A stretch of DNA of 64,000 nt, from assembly GCA_052033375.1 (NCBI GenBank), contig JBPOJQ010000003.1, positions 10,503 to 74,502 on the forward strand, read 5' to 3'. Source of the DNA: Candidatus Magasanikiibacteriota bacterium (GTDB taxonomy: Bacteria > Patescibacteriota > Patescibacteriia > Magasanikbacterales > UBA922). A program made the translations under genes and the position numbers. Shown here piece by piece: positions 43,400-51,837 of this stretch; position 1 is the first letter of the stretch; each line of letters opens with the position of its first letter. A model generated the notes under the pieces. The model was not told where the DNA came from. It searched no databases and saw only the letters and a program-made list of their open reading frames with translations.

Positions 43400-43645
43400 T
43401 ACCTATAGCTGTACGCGACCTGGCTAAAGCCAGGTGTCACTGCGATAGGCATGTTTTAATTAATCCACTTCCCCCTCCAATATGGAGGGTCGACCTTGCT
43501 GGCGGTGGTTTTGTGCTCGAGGGCCAAACCCGAGCATTTTTTGCCCCTAAACCATAGAGTGTATCTATGGCACTGTATGGCAATCATGGAGACGAGCATT
43601 GTACAGAAACTCATCTTGCATAATTGCCACACTGTTCTAGGGGAT
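43400..43645 (-). other. Long structured 5' leader of the S-layer-like gene
   Basis: Successive stems ACCTGGC/GCCAGGT, CCCTCCA/TGGAGGG, TGCTCG/CGAGCA, CCATAGA/TCTATGG, TGGCAAT/ATTGCCA, CCCCTA/TAGGGG. Confidence 0.6.
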
Positions 43646-43705
43646 GGCGTTCACACAAAAACTAGATAACAATTGATACACCTTGCTTCTACTCTTTCTT
43701 TTCGA

Positions 43706-43749
43706 GGCAAAGTGGAAAAGGACGTACATACTACCCTTTCCACTTTGTC
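43706..43749 (-). terminator. Long hairpin right after the anti-sigma-like gene
   Basis: GCAAAGTGGAAAAGG...CCCTTTCCACTTTGT; no U-tract on the minus strand. Confidence 0.5.
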
Positions 43750-43754
43750 CCGAA

Positions 43755-44945
43755 TTATTGGGTAGAAGTTCCACTCTTTGTGGTTGTTGTATTTGGAATT
43801 GAAGTCGTCTGATTTGTTGTAGTCGTACTGACTGGAGTCGGGGCAGTCGGTGTATTTCCTGTTTGTGTATTGATTTGTTCAATGACCGTGGTCACCTGTT
43901 CTGCAAGCGCTTTCGTCGTATTGATTGCCTGGAGCAAATCAGTCTCCTTGAGTGAATCTACTGTTTTTTTCTGTTCATCTATAATCTTTACTGTGGTAAG
44001 CGCCTCTACTATTGTAGTCTGGACAGGGCTAGTCGAGCTTGAAACAGTGCTCGTACTCGCAGGAACCGATGAATTCACGATGACGGCACTAGTACTCGTA
44101 GGTTGCTCAGTTAATTTTGTCTGCGCTTTGAGTGCTTCTGCCACAATTGATTCTACCGCTTGATCGATATGATCTTTTACAATTTCTTTTTCTTCATTTG
44201 AAATTTCCAAATTTGCTTCAGTCTTCTTTTGTACTGCATCCCCCACCATCTCAAGACTTTGCTTCGTCGTCTCAGCAGCAGTCTTTTCAATTGTCTCAGA
44301 AATTCCACCTACCTCCGCACTTTCGAGTGTTTCTTTCAAAGTCTGTGAAATATCTTGTGTAGAAAGTGATACTTCTTTTACCAAATCCTCTGAATCGATG
44401 AGTGCAATTGTTTTGATACTCTCTTGAGCAGAATCTAATTTTTTCTGGAGACTATCTACTGTCTTTTCTACTAATCTGGCTTTTTTCTCACCTTCTAGAT
44501 TGGTTGTTTCGACCACCTGTTTCAATACATGCGCTTGCTTTGACGCATATGAGAGTTTGAGTGATGCCTGCTCTGATTCTGGGGCAAGAGCAAGTCTACC
44601 ATTTTCAACTACCGAGTTGAATGCGCTTTTTGCTCCCCACAACACATCTCCCGGCTCTGCATACGCACTCGCAATCCACCCGAGTGTAGTGAGCATCAGG
44701 GCAAAAGCTACTGATGTCACTGGTTTTAGAGAACGGATAAGTGACTGAGGTATAAAAATTTTTGTCCACGTACTCATGGTGTGCGCCACACGGGGAGCTT
44801 CAGTCTGAGGATCACTGGATTGCAGTGATGTGTGCCCAATCTGGGTCATCAATTGTATTCGATTACGCAAAATCCACTCGCGATCAGGATTGATCCGAGT
44901 CTCAAGTTTTTTCATTCTTTTCAATTGTGACTTGAGTTCTTTCAT
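43755..44945 (-). CDS. Single-pass membrane protein, DUF5667-like, putative anti-sigma factor with Thr/Ser/Pro-rich tail
   Basis: Directly downstream of the ECF sigma; TM followed by AEPGDVLWGAK...E (typical ALPGDxLYxxK motif); helical region; low-complexity C-terminus. Start MKELK assumed. Confidence 0.65.
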   Translation of the reverse strand: MKELKSQLKRMKKLETRINPDREWILRNRIQLMTQIGHTSLQSSDPQTEAPRVAHTMSTWTKIFIPQSLIRSLKPVTSVAFALMLTTLGWIASAYAEPGDVLWGAKSAFNSVVENGRLALAPESEQASLKLSYASKQAHVLKQVVETTNLEGEKKARLVEKTVDSLQKKLDSAQESIKTIALIDSEDLVKEVSLSTQDISQTLKETLESAEVGGISETIEKTAAETTKQSLEMVGDAVQKKTEANLEISNEEKEIVKDHIDQAVESIVAEALKAQTKLTEQPTSTSAVIVNSSVPASTSTVSSSTSPVQTTIVEALTTVKIIDEQKKTVDSLKETDLLQAINTTKALAEQVTTVIEQINTQTGNTPTAPTPVSTTTTNQTTSIPNTTTTKSGTSTQ

Positions 44946-44965
44946 ACAAAATAGTCTGCGCATGA

Positions 44966-45577
44966 TTACTTTTTCTTTCTACCAGGGTTTACTTTACTGT
45001 GCACCGATTTTTTATCCTCAATCATTTTCTTCAAAATCTTCAACGCACGATGGAGTGTTACTCGCACAGATACCGTGCTTTTTCCTAATATATGTGCAAT
45101 CTCGCTCGTTGATAATTCTTCAATATATTTGAGTACGATAATTTCTTGGTACTCTCTTTTCATTATTTTCAAATTTCTAAGTGCCAGCTCAACCTCCTGA
45201 TCACGCATAGCCGTCTCTTCGATATTATGATCATGGGCGACTGTTTCTAATACTTCAATGGTGCACTCTTTTCGTTTTGCTCGATTTCTAAAGAAATCAA
45301 CCAAGGAAGTACGCGCGATAGTGTAGATAAGCCCACTGAAACTCTTAATCTCTTTATCAGCCTCTCTCTGAATATCAGTAAGATAGTTCCACGTTTTCAA
45401 AAATACATCACTTGCAATATCTTCTGCCTCTTCTTTGTGCGAGACTTTGAGATAGATGAATCGGTATATTTTTGAAACATACCGGTCATAAAGTTCGCCA
45501 AAAGCTTCGGTATCTTTGTGTACCCGCACTCTATAGACAAGCTTCTTTTCGTTAAATGTATTCAGTGCCTTCACCAT
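44966..45577 (-). CDS. ECF-type sigma-70 family RNA polymerase sigma factor
   Basis: AFGELYDRY..IYRFI...EEAEDI..DVFLK.W; region 4 LSTSEIAHILGKS..SVRVTLHRA. Confidence 0.95.
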   Translation of the reverse strand: MVKALNTFNEKKLVYRVRVHKDTEAFGELYDRYVSKIYRFIYLKVSHKEEAEDIASDVFLKTWNYLTDIQREADKEIKSFSGLIYTIARTSLVDFFRNRAKRKECTIEVLETVAHDHNIEETAMRDQEVELALRNLKIMKREYQEIIVLKYIEELSTSEIAHILGKSTVSVRVTLHRALKILKKMIEDKKSVHSKVNPGRKKK

Positions 45578-45753
45578 AGAAGACGGAAATATTATGAAAG
45601 TGTTACAGTTGGTCGAATACTATCATCTGGAGATACCCCAGACTATAGCATAAAAATGCCAAATAATAAAGGCTTACTGTACACATATATACGGTACCGC
45701 CCAAACACCGTAACAGGGTAAAATAAGCCCAAACATAGCCTTATTTAGGCTAT

Positions 45754-45895
45754 TTTGTATATACTATTGTATACATTTTTGTTATATTTGTATATACTAT
45801 TCTATACAAATAGGCATCTGAACGTGCCCCCATCAGGGGTCTACCCTTGACAAAAACCGTATAATTGGTAGTATTTGTATATACAAATCTATACT
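45754..45895. repeat. Three 22-bp direct repeats (putative operator)
   Basis: TTTGTATATACTATTGTATACA (45754), TTTGTATATACTATTCTATACA (45787), TTTGTATATACAAATCTATACT (45874). Confidence 0.8.
45847..45874 (+). promoter_or_regulatory. sigma70-type promoter of the HTH gene
   Basis: TTGACA-16 nt-TAGTAT with extended TGn. Confidence 0.55.
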
Positions 45896-46285
45896 ATGGT
45901 AATTCAACCCCCCATCTCAACACCTGACCATAAAGAGATAATCAGAGTCTCAATTTCAGAAGCAGCACGTCTTTTTGGTGTTAATCCACAGACCATACGA
46001 CGAGCTATTAGAGACCAAGAGATCACATACGTCGTAGTCGCTGGTAGATATAAGATCAATTTTGAAAGTCTGGTGAAATGGTCACAGAGGAAAACCACGG
46101 TCAAAAACAAGACTGAAAAACACGGTATCGGACAATTCGTAGACAAATGGAAGATCTCTAATACCCTCTACTCTCCGAGTAAAAAAGCAGTGACTAAGAC
46201 AACGGTAGTACCTGAATCATTACCTGCTGAGCAACAAACAGACAACGTATCTACATCCGAGATCTCAACTAATACTGAGAATTAA
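45896..46285 (+). CDS. Excisionase/MerR-like HTH DNA-binding protein
   Basis: SISEAARLFGVNPQTIRRAI...GRYKI. ATG 45896. Confidence 0.85.
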   Translation: MVIQPPISTPDHKEIIRVSISEAARLFGVNPQTIRRAIRDQEITYVVVAGRYKINFESLVKWSQRKTTVKNKTEKHGIGQFVDKWKISNTLYSPSKKAVTKTTVVPESLPAEQQTDNVSTSEISTNTEN

Positions 46286-46437
46286 TGCTATACTAGAAAA
46301 GGATATTCGCGTGTTCTTTTTTCAAACACAATTCCTAACATATACAGATTTCATTTTCCTAATATAAACGGAATCTGTATACGCTAGGAGACGCCTAGTC
46401 GTACGATCTTTTCAACCTACCAAAAAGGGACCCCCCC
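46286..46437 (+). promoter_or_regulatory. Extended -10 element and structured leader of the first Cys-rich lipoprotein gene
   Basis: TGcTATACT at 46286-46294; stem TATACAGATTTC/GGAATCTGTATA (46341-46381); AAGGGA 7 nt before ATG. Confidence 0.55.
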
Positions 46438-47328
46438 ATGCTTCGCTCGATGTTTCTGTGCATCTTCCTCTTCCCGTTCATGAGCTGCGACATCACCATC
46501 CCGAAAAGCGGGAAAGTGATCCGAGGAACCTATCACAGTGCCGCAGACACCACCGGCGGCGAGGACACTGCCCCAGTCGACGTGTCTACGTCGACGGAGG
46601 CTGATGGCACCTCTGTCACCACTCCCCAGGACGTCGGCACCTCGACGGCGACCGACACCACCAGTACCTCGCTCGGTGAAGACACCGCCGACTCTCATGA
46701 CACCGAGAATCCGGTACCACCGACTCTCCGCGTCTGCAGCACAGACGGGGAGTGCATCGACGAGTACCCGAACAACGGGTTCGTCTGCGACGACGACGGA
46801 CACTGCACGCACCCGTCCTTCTCCTGCGAGACCGACATCGACTGTCCTCCGGACAAAAATGTCTGCAACGGCATCAAGGTGTGCCTTGATCGAAGCTGCT
46901 ACCTGACCGAAAACCCTGACTGCGATGATGGGAATCGCTGGACAGGCGACTTCTGCAGTCCAGCAGACGGCTGTGGACACTACAACATCGAGTGCACGGA
47001 CGACCAGGGCTGCGGGGAGGACGAGTACTGCGATACCGAAAGCAGGCGTTGCGAACCGATCGGCGCATGCGATAGTCCGGACGACTGCGATGACGGAAAT
47101 GCGTGCACCTATGATCGGTGTACGCTGACCGAGTGCTCAAACATACCTATCGCATGCGCCGACTGGGATCCGGACACCATGGATGTCTGCGACCCGACGT
47201 TGATGTGCCTCTTTACCGAGGGGTGCACCACGAACGCGAACTGTGTCGACGATGACTTCTCAACCGAAGACGTCTGCGATGACGGTTTCTGCAGGCACAT
47301 CTGCAAGGACGGTGAATGCCCTCCTTGA
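46438..47328 (+). CDS. Cys-rich putative lipoprotein with CDDGNxCTxDxC-type (Dictyostelium/myxobacterial) repeats
   Basis: Signal ending FMS-C; D/T-rich linker; CDDGNRWTGDFC, CDDGNACTYDRC, CVDDDFSTEDVC; GC-rich codon usage. Confidence 0.85.
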   Translation: MLRSMFLCIFLFPFMSCDITIPKSGKVIRGTYHSAADTTGGEDTAPVDVSTSTEADGTSVTTPQDVGTSTATDTTSTSLGEDTADSHDTENPVPPTLRVCSTDGECIDEYPNNGFVCDDDGHCTHPSFSCETDIDCPPDKNVCNGIKVCLDRSCYLTENPDCDDGNRWTGDFCSPADGCGHYNIECTDDQGCGEDEYCDTESRRCEPIGACDSPDDCDDGNACTYDRCTLTECSNIPIACADWDPDTMDVCDPTLMCLFTEGCTTNANCVDDDFSTEDVCDDGFCRHICKDGECPP

Positions 47329-47332
47329 GGGC

Positions 47333-47527
47333 GTAGTGGTGGGTGAAGACACCTAAAGAGGATCCCACTACTGGGTCATGCGCGCCACACCAGCGCGCAT
47401 GACCCACTTCAATCTATTTTGCAATTTGCAGAAATACTACCTGTTGTATATCAAAGCTATGTCCACATACTACAACACGCACTATTTCTGCGCATTGGAA
47501 AACTGAAAAGACACGGTGTTTTTTCAG
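47333..47527 (+). other. Four consecutive hairpins filling the spacer
   Basis: 47333-47371; 47372-47406 (perfect 14-bp TGGGTCATGCGCGC/GCGCGCATGACCCA); 47428-47491; 47503-47527. Confidence 0.8.
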
Positions 47528-47556
47528 ACAAGACGACTCACCCAACAGAGGAACAC

Positions 47557-48285
47557 ATGTGGCGCATTGCTCTTTCTTTGGTCATCATGTTACTCGTGGC
47601 CTGCGACATCACGGACGGTGAATCATACGAGTCCCTCTCGATACACAGAGAGGATGTCACAGACACATCGAGTGACGGTGTACTCCAGCCAGCAGATGAC
47701 ATCATCCTCGAACATGGGCTCATGCGTGTCGAGAAAATCGACACTGCTCTTAGCCATCTATTCACCCCCGACACCACGTCTGATTCCACATCTGATGTAC
47801 AGGCACCCGACACTGCCGTACCAGACGAAATCGAGGTACTGTTCACAGAGACTATCCCCTGTACAGAGGACTGGCACTGTGCACCTGGCAAAGAGTGCAC
47901 TCCTGATGGACTCTGCATCACACAGCTCGTGTGGATCGCTGTCATTACAGGGTCCGACGGCTCTCATCCGCCAGTACTGGACCACAGCGGAGAGGAAGTC
48001 ACACTCTGGTATGGACGTGAACCATGGACAGAGACACATCAGGTTCCCTACACAGGATGGCTCCCGCTCGCAGAACTCTGCGAGAGTGGGATTGAAATGG
48101 AACTCCGGAATCCGTCTGACGACGGGTATCCATATGGCGAAGGATGTGTGACTGATTTCAAGAATCTGACACCCTACCTATTCGCCAAGCGACTGGAGTT
48201 CACCATCCATGAGAGCGGTACTGGAGACATGTGTCCAGAGATGCTCCACATCGCTCGAGATCAACTACCCTGCGACAAGGACTGA
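47557..48285 (+). CDS. Putative lipoprotein with one Cys module and a conserved C-terminal domain
   Basis: AGAGGA then ATG 47557; MWRIALSLVIMLLVA-C lipobox; CTEDWHCAPGKECTPDGLC. Confidence 0.8.
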   Translation: MWRIALSLVIMLLVACDITDGESYESLSIHREDVTDTSSDGVLQPADDIILEHGLMRVEKIDTALSHLFTPDTTSDSTSDVQAPDTAVPDEIEVLFTETIPCTEDWHCAPGKECTPDGLCITQLVWIAVITGSDGSHPPVLDHSGEEVTLWYGREPWTETHQVPYTGWLPLAELCESGIEMELRNPSDDGYPYGEGCVTDFKNLTPYLFAKRLEFTIHESGTGDMCPEMLHIARDQLPCDKD

Positions 48286-48290
48286 CGCAT

Positions 48291-48367
48291 CCGGAGAGTG
48301 ACGCACGATACACCGCGTCGCTCTCCGGCCCACACACTTTCGAACTACTCATATTGAGTGGTTTTTT
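48291..48367 (+). terminator. 14-bp GC hairpin followed by an intrinsic terminator
   Basis: CCGGAGAGTGACGC/GCGTCGCTCTCCGG; AACTACTCA-TAT-TGAGTGGTT followed by TTTT. Confidence 0.75.
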
Positions 48368-48477
48368 GTTATAAAAATACTTATGTATATTCTGGAGAAA
48401 CCTACGACATCGACATCACAAACTCCGCTTGGACACACGTCCATCTATCTGATGCTGATGGTTTGTCTAGTGTACAC

Positions 48478-48504
48478 AAAAATCCACACCGAAAAGGTGT
48501 GGAT
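48478..48504 (-). terminator. Terminator of the GT4 gene
   Basis: ATCCACACC/GGTGTGGAT with a T-run on the minus strand. Confidence 0.7.
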
Positions 48505-48529
48505 GTTGCTACTATACTTTTTTTCTACA

Positions 48530-49705
48530 TTAGACTCTTACTGAAGAAAATAATGGTGATTTTTTTGCTAATATACCTCGATATACACCTTCTGTCTTTT
48601 CTACAATATGTTCCCATTCATACTTCTCATAAATAATTGCACGATTCTGCTTACCTACCTTCATTCGATCTTCTTTCTTCAATTTCATAAATTTCTCAAG
48701 TCTGGACACCAGCGAGTCTACATCATTTTCTTTGAAAAACATTCGCTCATCTCCAATAATCTCTCTATGCTCTGGAATTGAGGAAAGTAATACTGGAATT
48801 CCATGGCTCATCGCTTGAAGTACTGTAATTGGCAAACCTTCATTTATTGACGGGTGTACGAGCGCACGCGCATGCGCATAGAGCTCATTGAGTGCTTCCC
48901 CAGACTGAAAATCAGTAAAAATTACATCATTCATAGTCGCTGCCGAAATATGCAGACTCTGAACATATGAATCAGTATATGCCGCCCCACCTACGATAGC
49001 CAATTTGAGCGACTGAATTGTTTTATTCTTTCTATTTCTTTCTTTTAATTTTTTGAATGCTTCAATCAAAATATGTGCTCCCTTATGGGGTACCAATCGA
49101 GAAATCATTACTATGTATCTACCAGACGCGAGACCAAATGATGTGATATGTGATTTTGTTTTTACCTTTGATGGCATATCGACCCCATTCGATATATACG
49201 TCGTATCTACACCATACTCAACTTTCAGATACTCGTGCAAACTTTTTGACACACAAATAGTGTCGTGTGCAAACGTATATGCAGCTCTCTCACCCAATCG
49301 AAGAATCGCCCTAGCAAACCAGTTCCATTTTTGATGAAAACGATCCAGTGAATGGAGCGTGACTATTACCCGCATCCGTGGTCTGAATATTCGAGGAATC
49401 CACGCGAGAAGAGCTGGGCCAACCCCGTGATAATGGATGACATCATAGGATGCAAAAAGTGCATGCATCGTCGAAGTGAAGACATGCACAATAGTATCAA
49501 GATGTTTGGTCTTAATCGTTCTAGTATGTACACGCTGAACACCCTCGACAGTATCAGTGCCTGTGCTACCGGTATACCATTTTCTCGAGTATACGGTCAC
49601 TGTGTGTCCACGTTCAGCAAGACGAACCGAAAGATCGTGAACGTGTCTCTCAACGCCACCGTAGACTGCGGGAATACCTTTTTGACCAATCATGGCTATA
49701 CGCAT
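48530..49705 (-). CDS. Glycosyltransferase family 4
   Basis: GQKGIPAVYGGVE, RLVPHKG, EGLPITVLQAM. Confidence 0.92.
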   Translation of the reverse strand: MRIAMIGQKGIPAVYGGVERHVHDLSVRLAERGHTVTVYSRKWYTGSTGTDTVEGVQRVHTRTIKTKHLDTIVHVFTSTMHALFASYDVIHYHGVGPALLAWIPRIFRPRMRVIVTLHSLDRFHQKWNWFARAILRLGERAAYTFAHDTICVSKSLHEYLKVEYGVDTTYISNGVDMPSKVKTKSHITSFGLASGRYIVMISRLVPHKGAHILIEAFKKLKERNRKNKTIQSLKLAIVGGAAYTDSYVQSLHISAATMNDVIFTDFQSGEALNELYAHARALVHPSINEGLPITVLQAMSHGIPVLLSSIPEHREIIGDERMFFKENDVDSLVSRLEKFMKLKKEDRMKVGKQNRAIIYEKYEWEHIVEKTEGVYRGILAKKSPLFSSVRV

Positions 49706-49748
49706 ATGCTACAGATATACACAGTTATATCGGATTAACGAACATCGT

Positions 49749-49777
49749 AGTATAACACAGACAAGAGCTTTTGTCAA
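49749..49777 (-). promoter_or_regulatory. sigma70-type promoter
   Basis: Minus strand TTGACA-17 nt-TATACT with extended TG. Confidence 0.75.
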
Positions 49778-49854
49778 GCATGGTTTTCTCTCTGGTATAT
49801 GATATAAAATTGCTTATTTTAGCCATTTTTTTACTTCTTCTCCCCTATACGTTC

Positions 49855-51705
49855 TTAGCGTACAGTACCACCTTTTGCACCCCCTCGCGCATCTGTGTTG
49901 AGCGATGCATCAAAAGCACCGAGCGCACGCGTGAAAGAGTAGCCGATATACGAATCCCACCCAGAAATTTCGACACTCTGTATCAAAACTGGAGTGGTGC
50001 CGCGATCAGCCTCAGTCGGTGTCAAACTAAGCTCAAAAAATACACCTGCATTCGAGTGTGCTGAAATAGTTCCCATATTCCAACGTAGTGTGCGTGTCGA
50101 TGGAGTATATACTGGTGCTGAACCTTGGGTAACACTAGTTTTTCCAGTCCACACGACTCCAGGAGACAATCGCGCAGTAAATATACCCTCAGTCACATTA
50201 CTCGTTGTGTTACGTATAGTGAATAGACCTGCATACTTGGTCTCTTTTCCCACTTCAGGAGGAAGAGGTCCTCTACCCAATTGATCCCCCTCATCCGTAT
50301 AATAACGAATTTCACCAACCAATGTGACGTCAGTACCAACTTTGATTGATTCAGGTACTGAGACCGCCTCTACTGATACTTCTGGTGCTAATAGCACATT
50401 CCCTTTAAATCGAACCGTGGGCTGAAGTACGATATTGGTACCTGCATCAGATGTGGAAATAACTGGAACTAATAAGGTGATGACTCGTGATTCTCCGGAT
50501 GGTATTGAACGCAAATTAGTGTGACGGACTGAATTAAGTGTCACGGTATTCTGAGCTATCGAGCCTGCATTTGCTCGTGCTGCTTCTGACACATTTACTG
50601 TTCCTCGTGGAAACGACACCTCAATCACTCCTCCCGACAACTCTACAGTACCTCTATTGAAAATATTCACTAATAGCCTTCCTGTCTCACCAGGTTTGAG
50701 AGATGAAATCGCTGAATCCCACGCAGTGGTTATCTGCACTTCAGGATGTCCAATTGTCATGGTTTTTTTCACGACTGATTGTGGAATCGTCTTCCCCTGC
50801 ACGATAATTGCTGGTGCAAGTTCGATTGTATACCCGGACTGTGGGAGAGTGTCTGAGATATGCAATGATCCCCGTAATGTCACCGCCACATTCGGACGTA
50901 ATTCAGATACTGACCACGCATGCTGGTCTCCCAGACCTTCAGTCGTTGAGACATGTTCTACGACTCCAATTGTCTGGAACGGTGCAAGTGGAAATACGAT
51001 ATCTCGCAATATCTCATCGCCTGTGTTGGTAAGCGTGATAGAAAAAGGAATATGTGAATCTTCAATCACCTTATCCTGGATGTCGATTGATGCATTGAGA
51101 AGTGAACCACGCAAAAATATGATATGCGGACCTACTTTTTCTTCAACATGATTCTTTCCGTCCTGTCGATATGCGATCGTTGCATGAATATGATCTTCTA
51201 CATTGGGTGTTCCATAAAATCTTCCTGCCACTGATACACTCCCTTCTTCACCCACTCCAATAGTTCGAAGATTGAATGTCTGCGTTTCACTTTCGAATTG
51301 CTCTTTCGGTTCAGCTGCACCGACAATAAAACCATCGGGCAACTCGACAGATAATCGCACATCAGCCAAACGCACACTGCTCTCATTTGTATAGTTAATG
51401 GTATATGTGACATATTCACCACTCAATACCCTATCCTTCGAAGGGACGACAGAGAGATACACCAACTCGGTCACTGTCGGATTATACGTACTCCACCCAA
51501 GCAGTGCAGCACCAATGACTATGAGTGTTGCCACCAATGACATGTCGAATAAAAATAATTTTCTTGCATGTGAAAACTGGAGATGATACCGCTTTTGATA
51601 ATGCATCTCGGCAAAATGAATTGGTGATGCTAAAAATGCGAAAAACCATCGATGTGGAGCGTGGAATAAATGGTGCTTAGTGAGATGTGTTTCAACGAAT
51701 TTCAT
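49855..51705 (-). CDS. Membrane-anchored protein with tandem DUF11-like Ig domains
   Basis: One TM; SGEYVTYTINYTN...LPDGF; GPLPPEVGKETKY motif typical of Parcubacteria. Confidence 0.7.
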   Translation of the reverse strand: MKFVETHLTKHHLFHAPHRWFFAFLASPIHFAEMHYQKRYHLQFSHARKLFLFDMSLVATLIVIGAALLGWSTYNPTVTELVYLSVVPSKDRVLSGEYVTYTINYTNESSVRLADVRLSVELPDGFIVGAAEPKEQFESETQTFNLRTIGVGEEGSVSVAGRFYGTPNVEDHIHATIAYRQDGKNHVEEKVGPHIIFLRGSLLNASIDIQDKVIEDSHIPFSITLTNTGDEILRDIVFPLAPFQTIGVVEHVSTTEGLGDQHAWSVSELRPNVAVTLRGSLHISDTLPQSGYTIELAPAIIVQGKTIPQSVVKKTMTIGHPEVQITTAWDSAISSLKPGETGRLLVNIFNRGTVELSGGVIEVSFPRGTVNVSEAARANAGSIAQNTVTLNSVRHTNLRSIPSGESRVITLLVPVISTSDAGTNIVLQPTVRFKGNVLLAPEVSVEAVSVPESIKVGTDVTLVGEIRYYTDEGDQLGRGPLPPEVGKETKYAGLFTIRNTTSNVTEGIFTARLSPGVVWTGKTSVTQGSAPVYTPSTRTLRWNMGTISAHSNAGVFFELSLTPTEADRGTTPVLIQSVEISGWDSYIGYSFTRALGAFDASLNTDARGGAKGGTVR

Positions 51706-51715
51706 AGATATCTAT

Positions 51716-51743
51716 CTCAAAACTTAAAACTCAAAATTCAAAA
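51716..51743. repeat. Degenerate heptamer tandem repeat
   Basis: ctcaaaa cttaaaa ctcaaaa ttcaaaa. Confidence 0.7.
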
Positions 51744-51832
51744 CGAGAACTACAAATGTACAACTCCTTATTCTTCAATGTAATAATACTTGATCCAAGC
51801 ATATTTGCAACTTCTGCAAGCTCATTTTGTTT
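51731..51832 (-). pseudogene. C-terminal remnant of a four-helix-bundle (23S rRNA IVP-like) protein gene
   Basis: Hand translation KQNELAEVANMLGSSIITLKNK; in-frame stop immediately upstream; adjacent heptamer repeats. Confidence 0.5.
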
Positions 51833-51837
51833 TTATT

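Noticed and set aside
47419-47556. N-terminal extension of the 288-aa ORF (likewise 28371-28469 and 39522-39551)
   Set aside because: The extensions run through hairpins or promoter boxes. SD, lipobox or promoter position indicate the downstream ATG.
45896-48367. Prophage or integrative element suggested by the excisionase-like HTH
   Set aside because: No integrase, att repeats or phage genes were seen. The HTH gene has resident composition and an SD-less start.
48358-48636. 92-aa plus-strand ORF or small RNA between two terminators
   Set aside because: It starts inside a terminator, overlaps the convergent GT4 gene and has no recognisable motif. Only weak stems are present.
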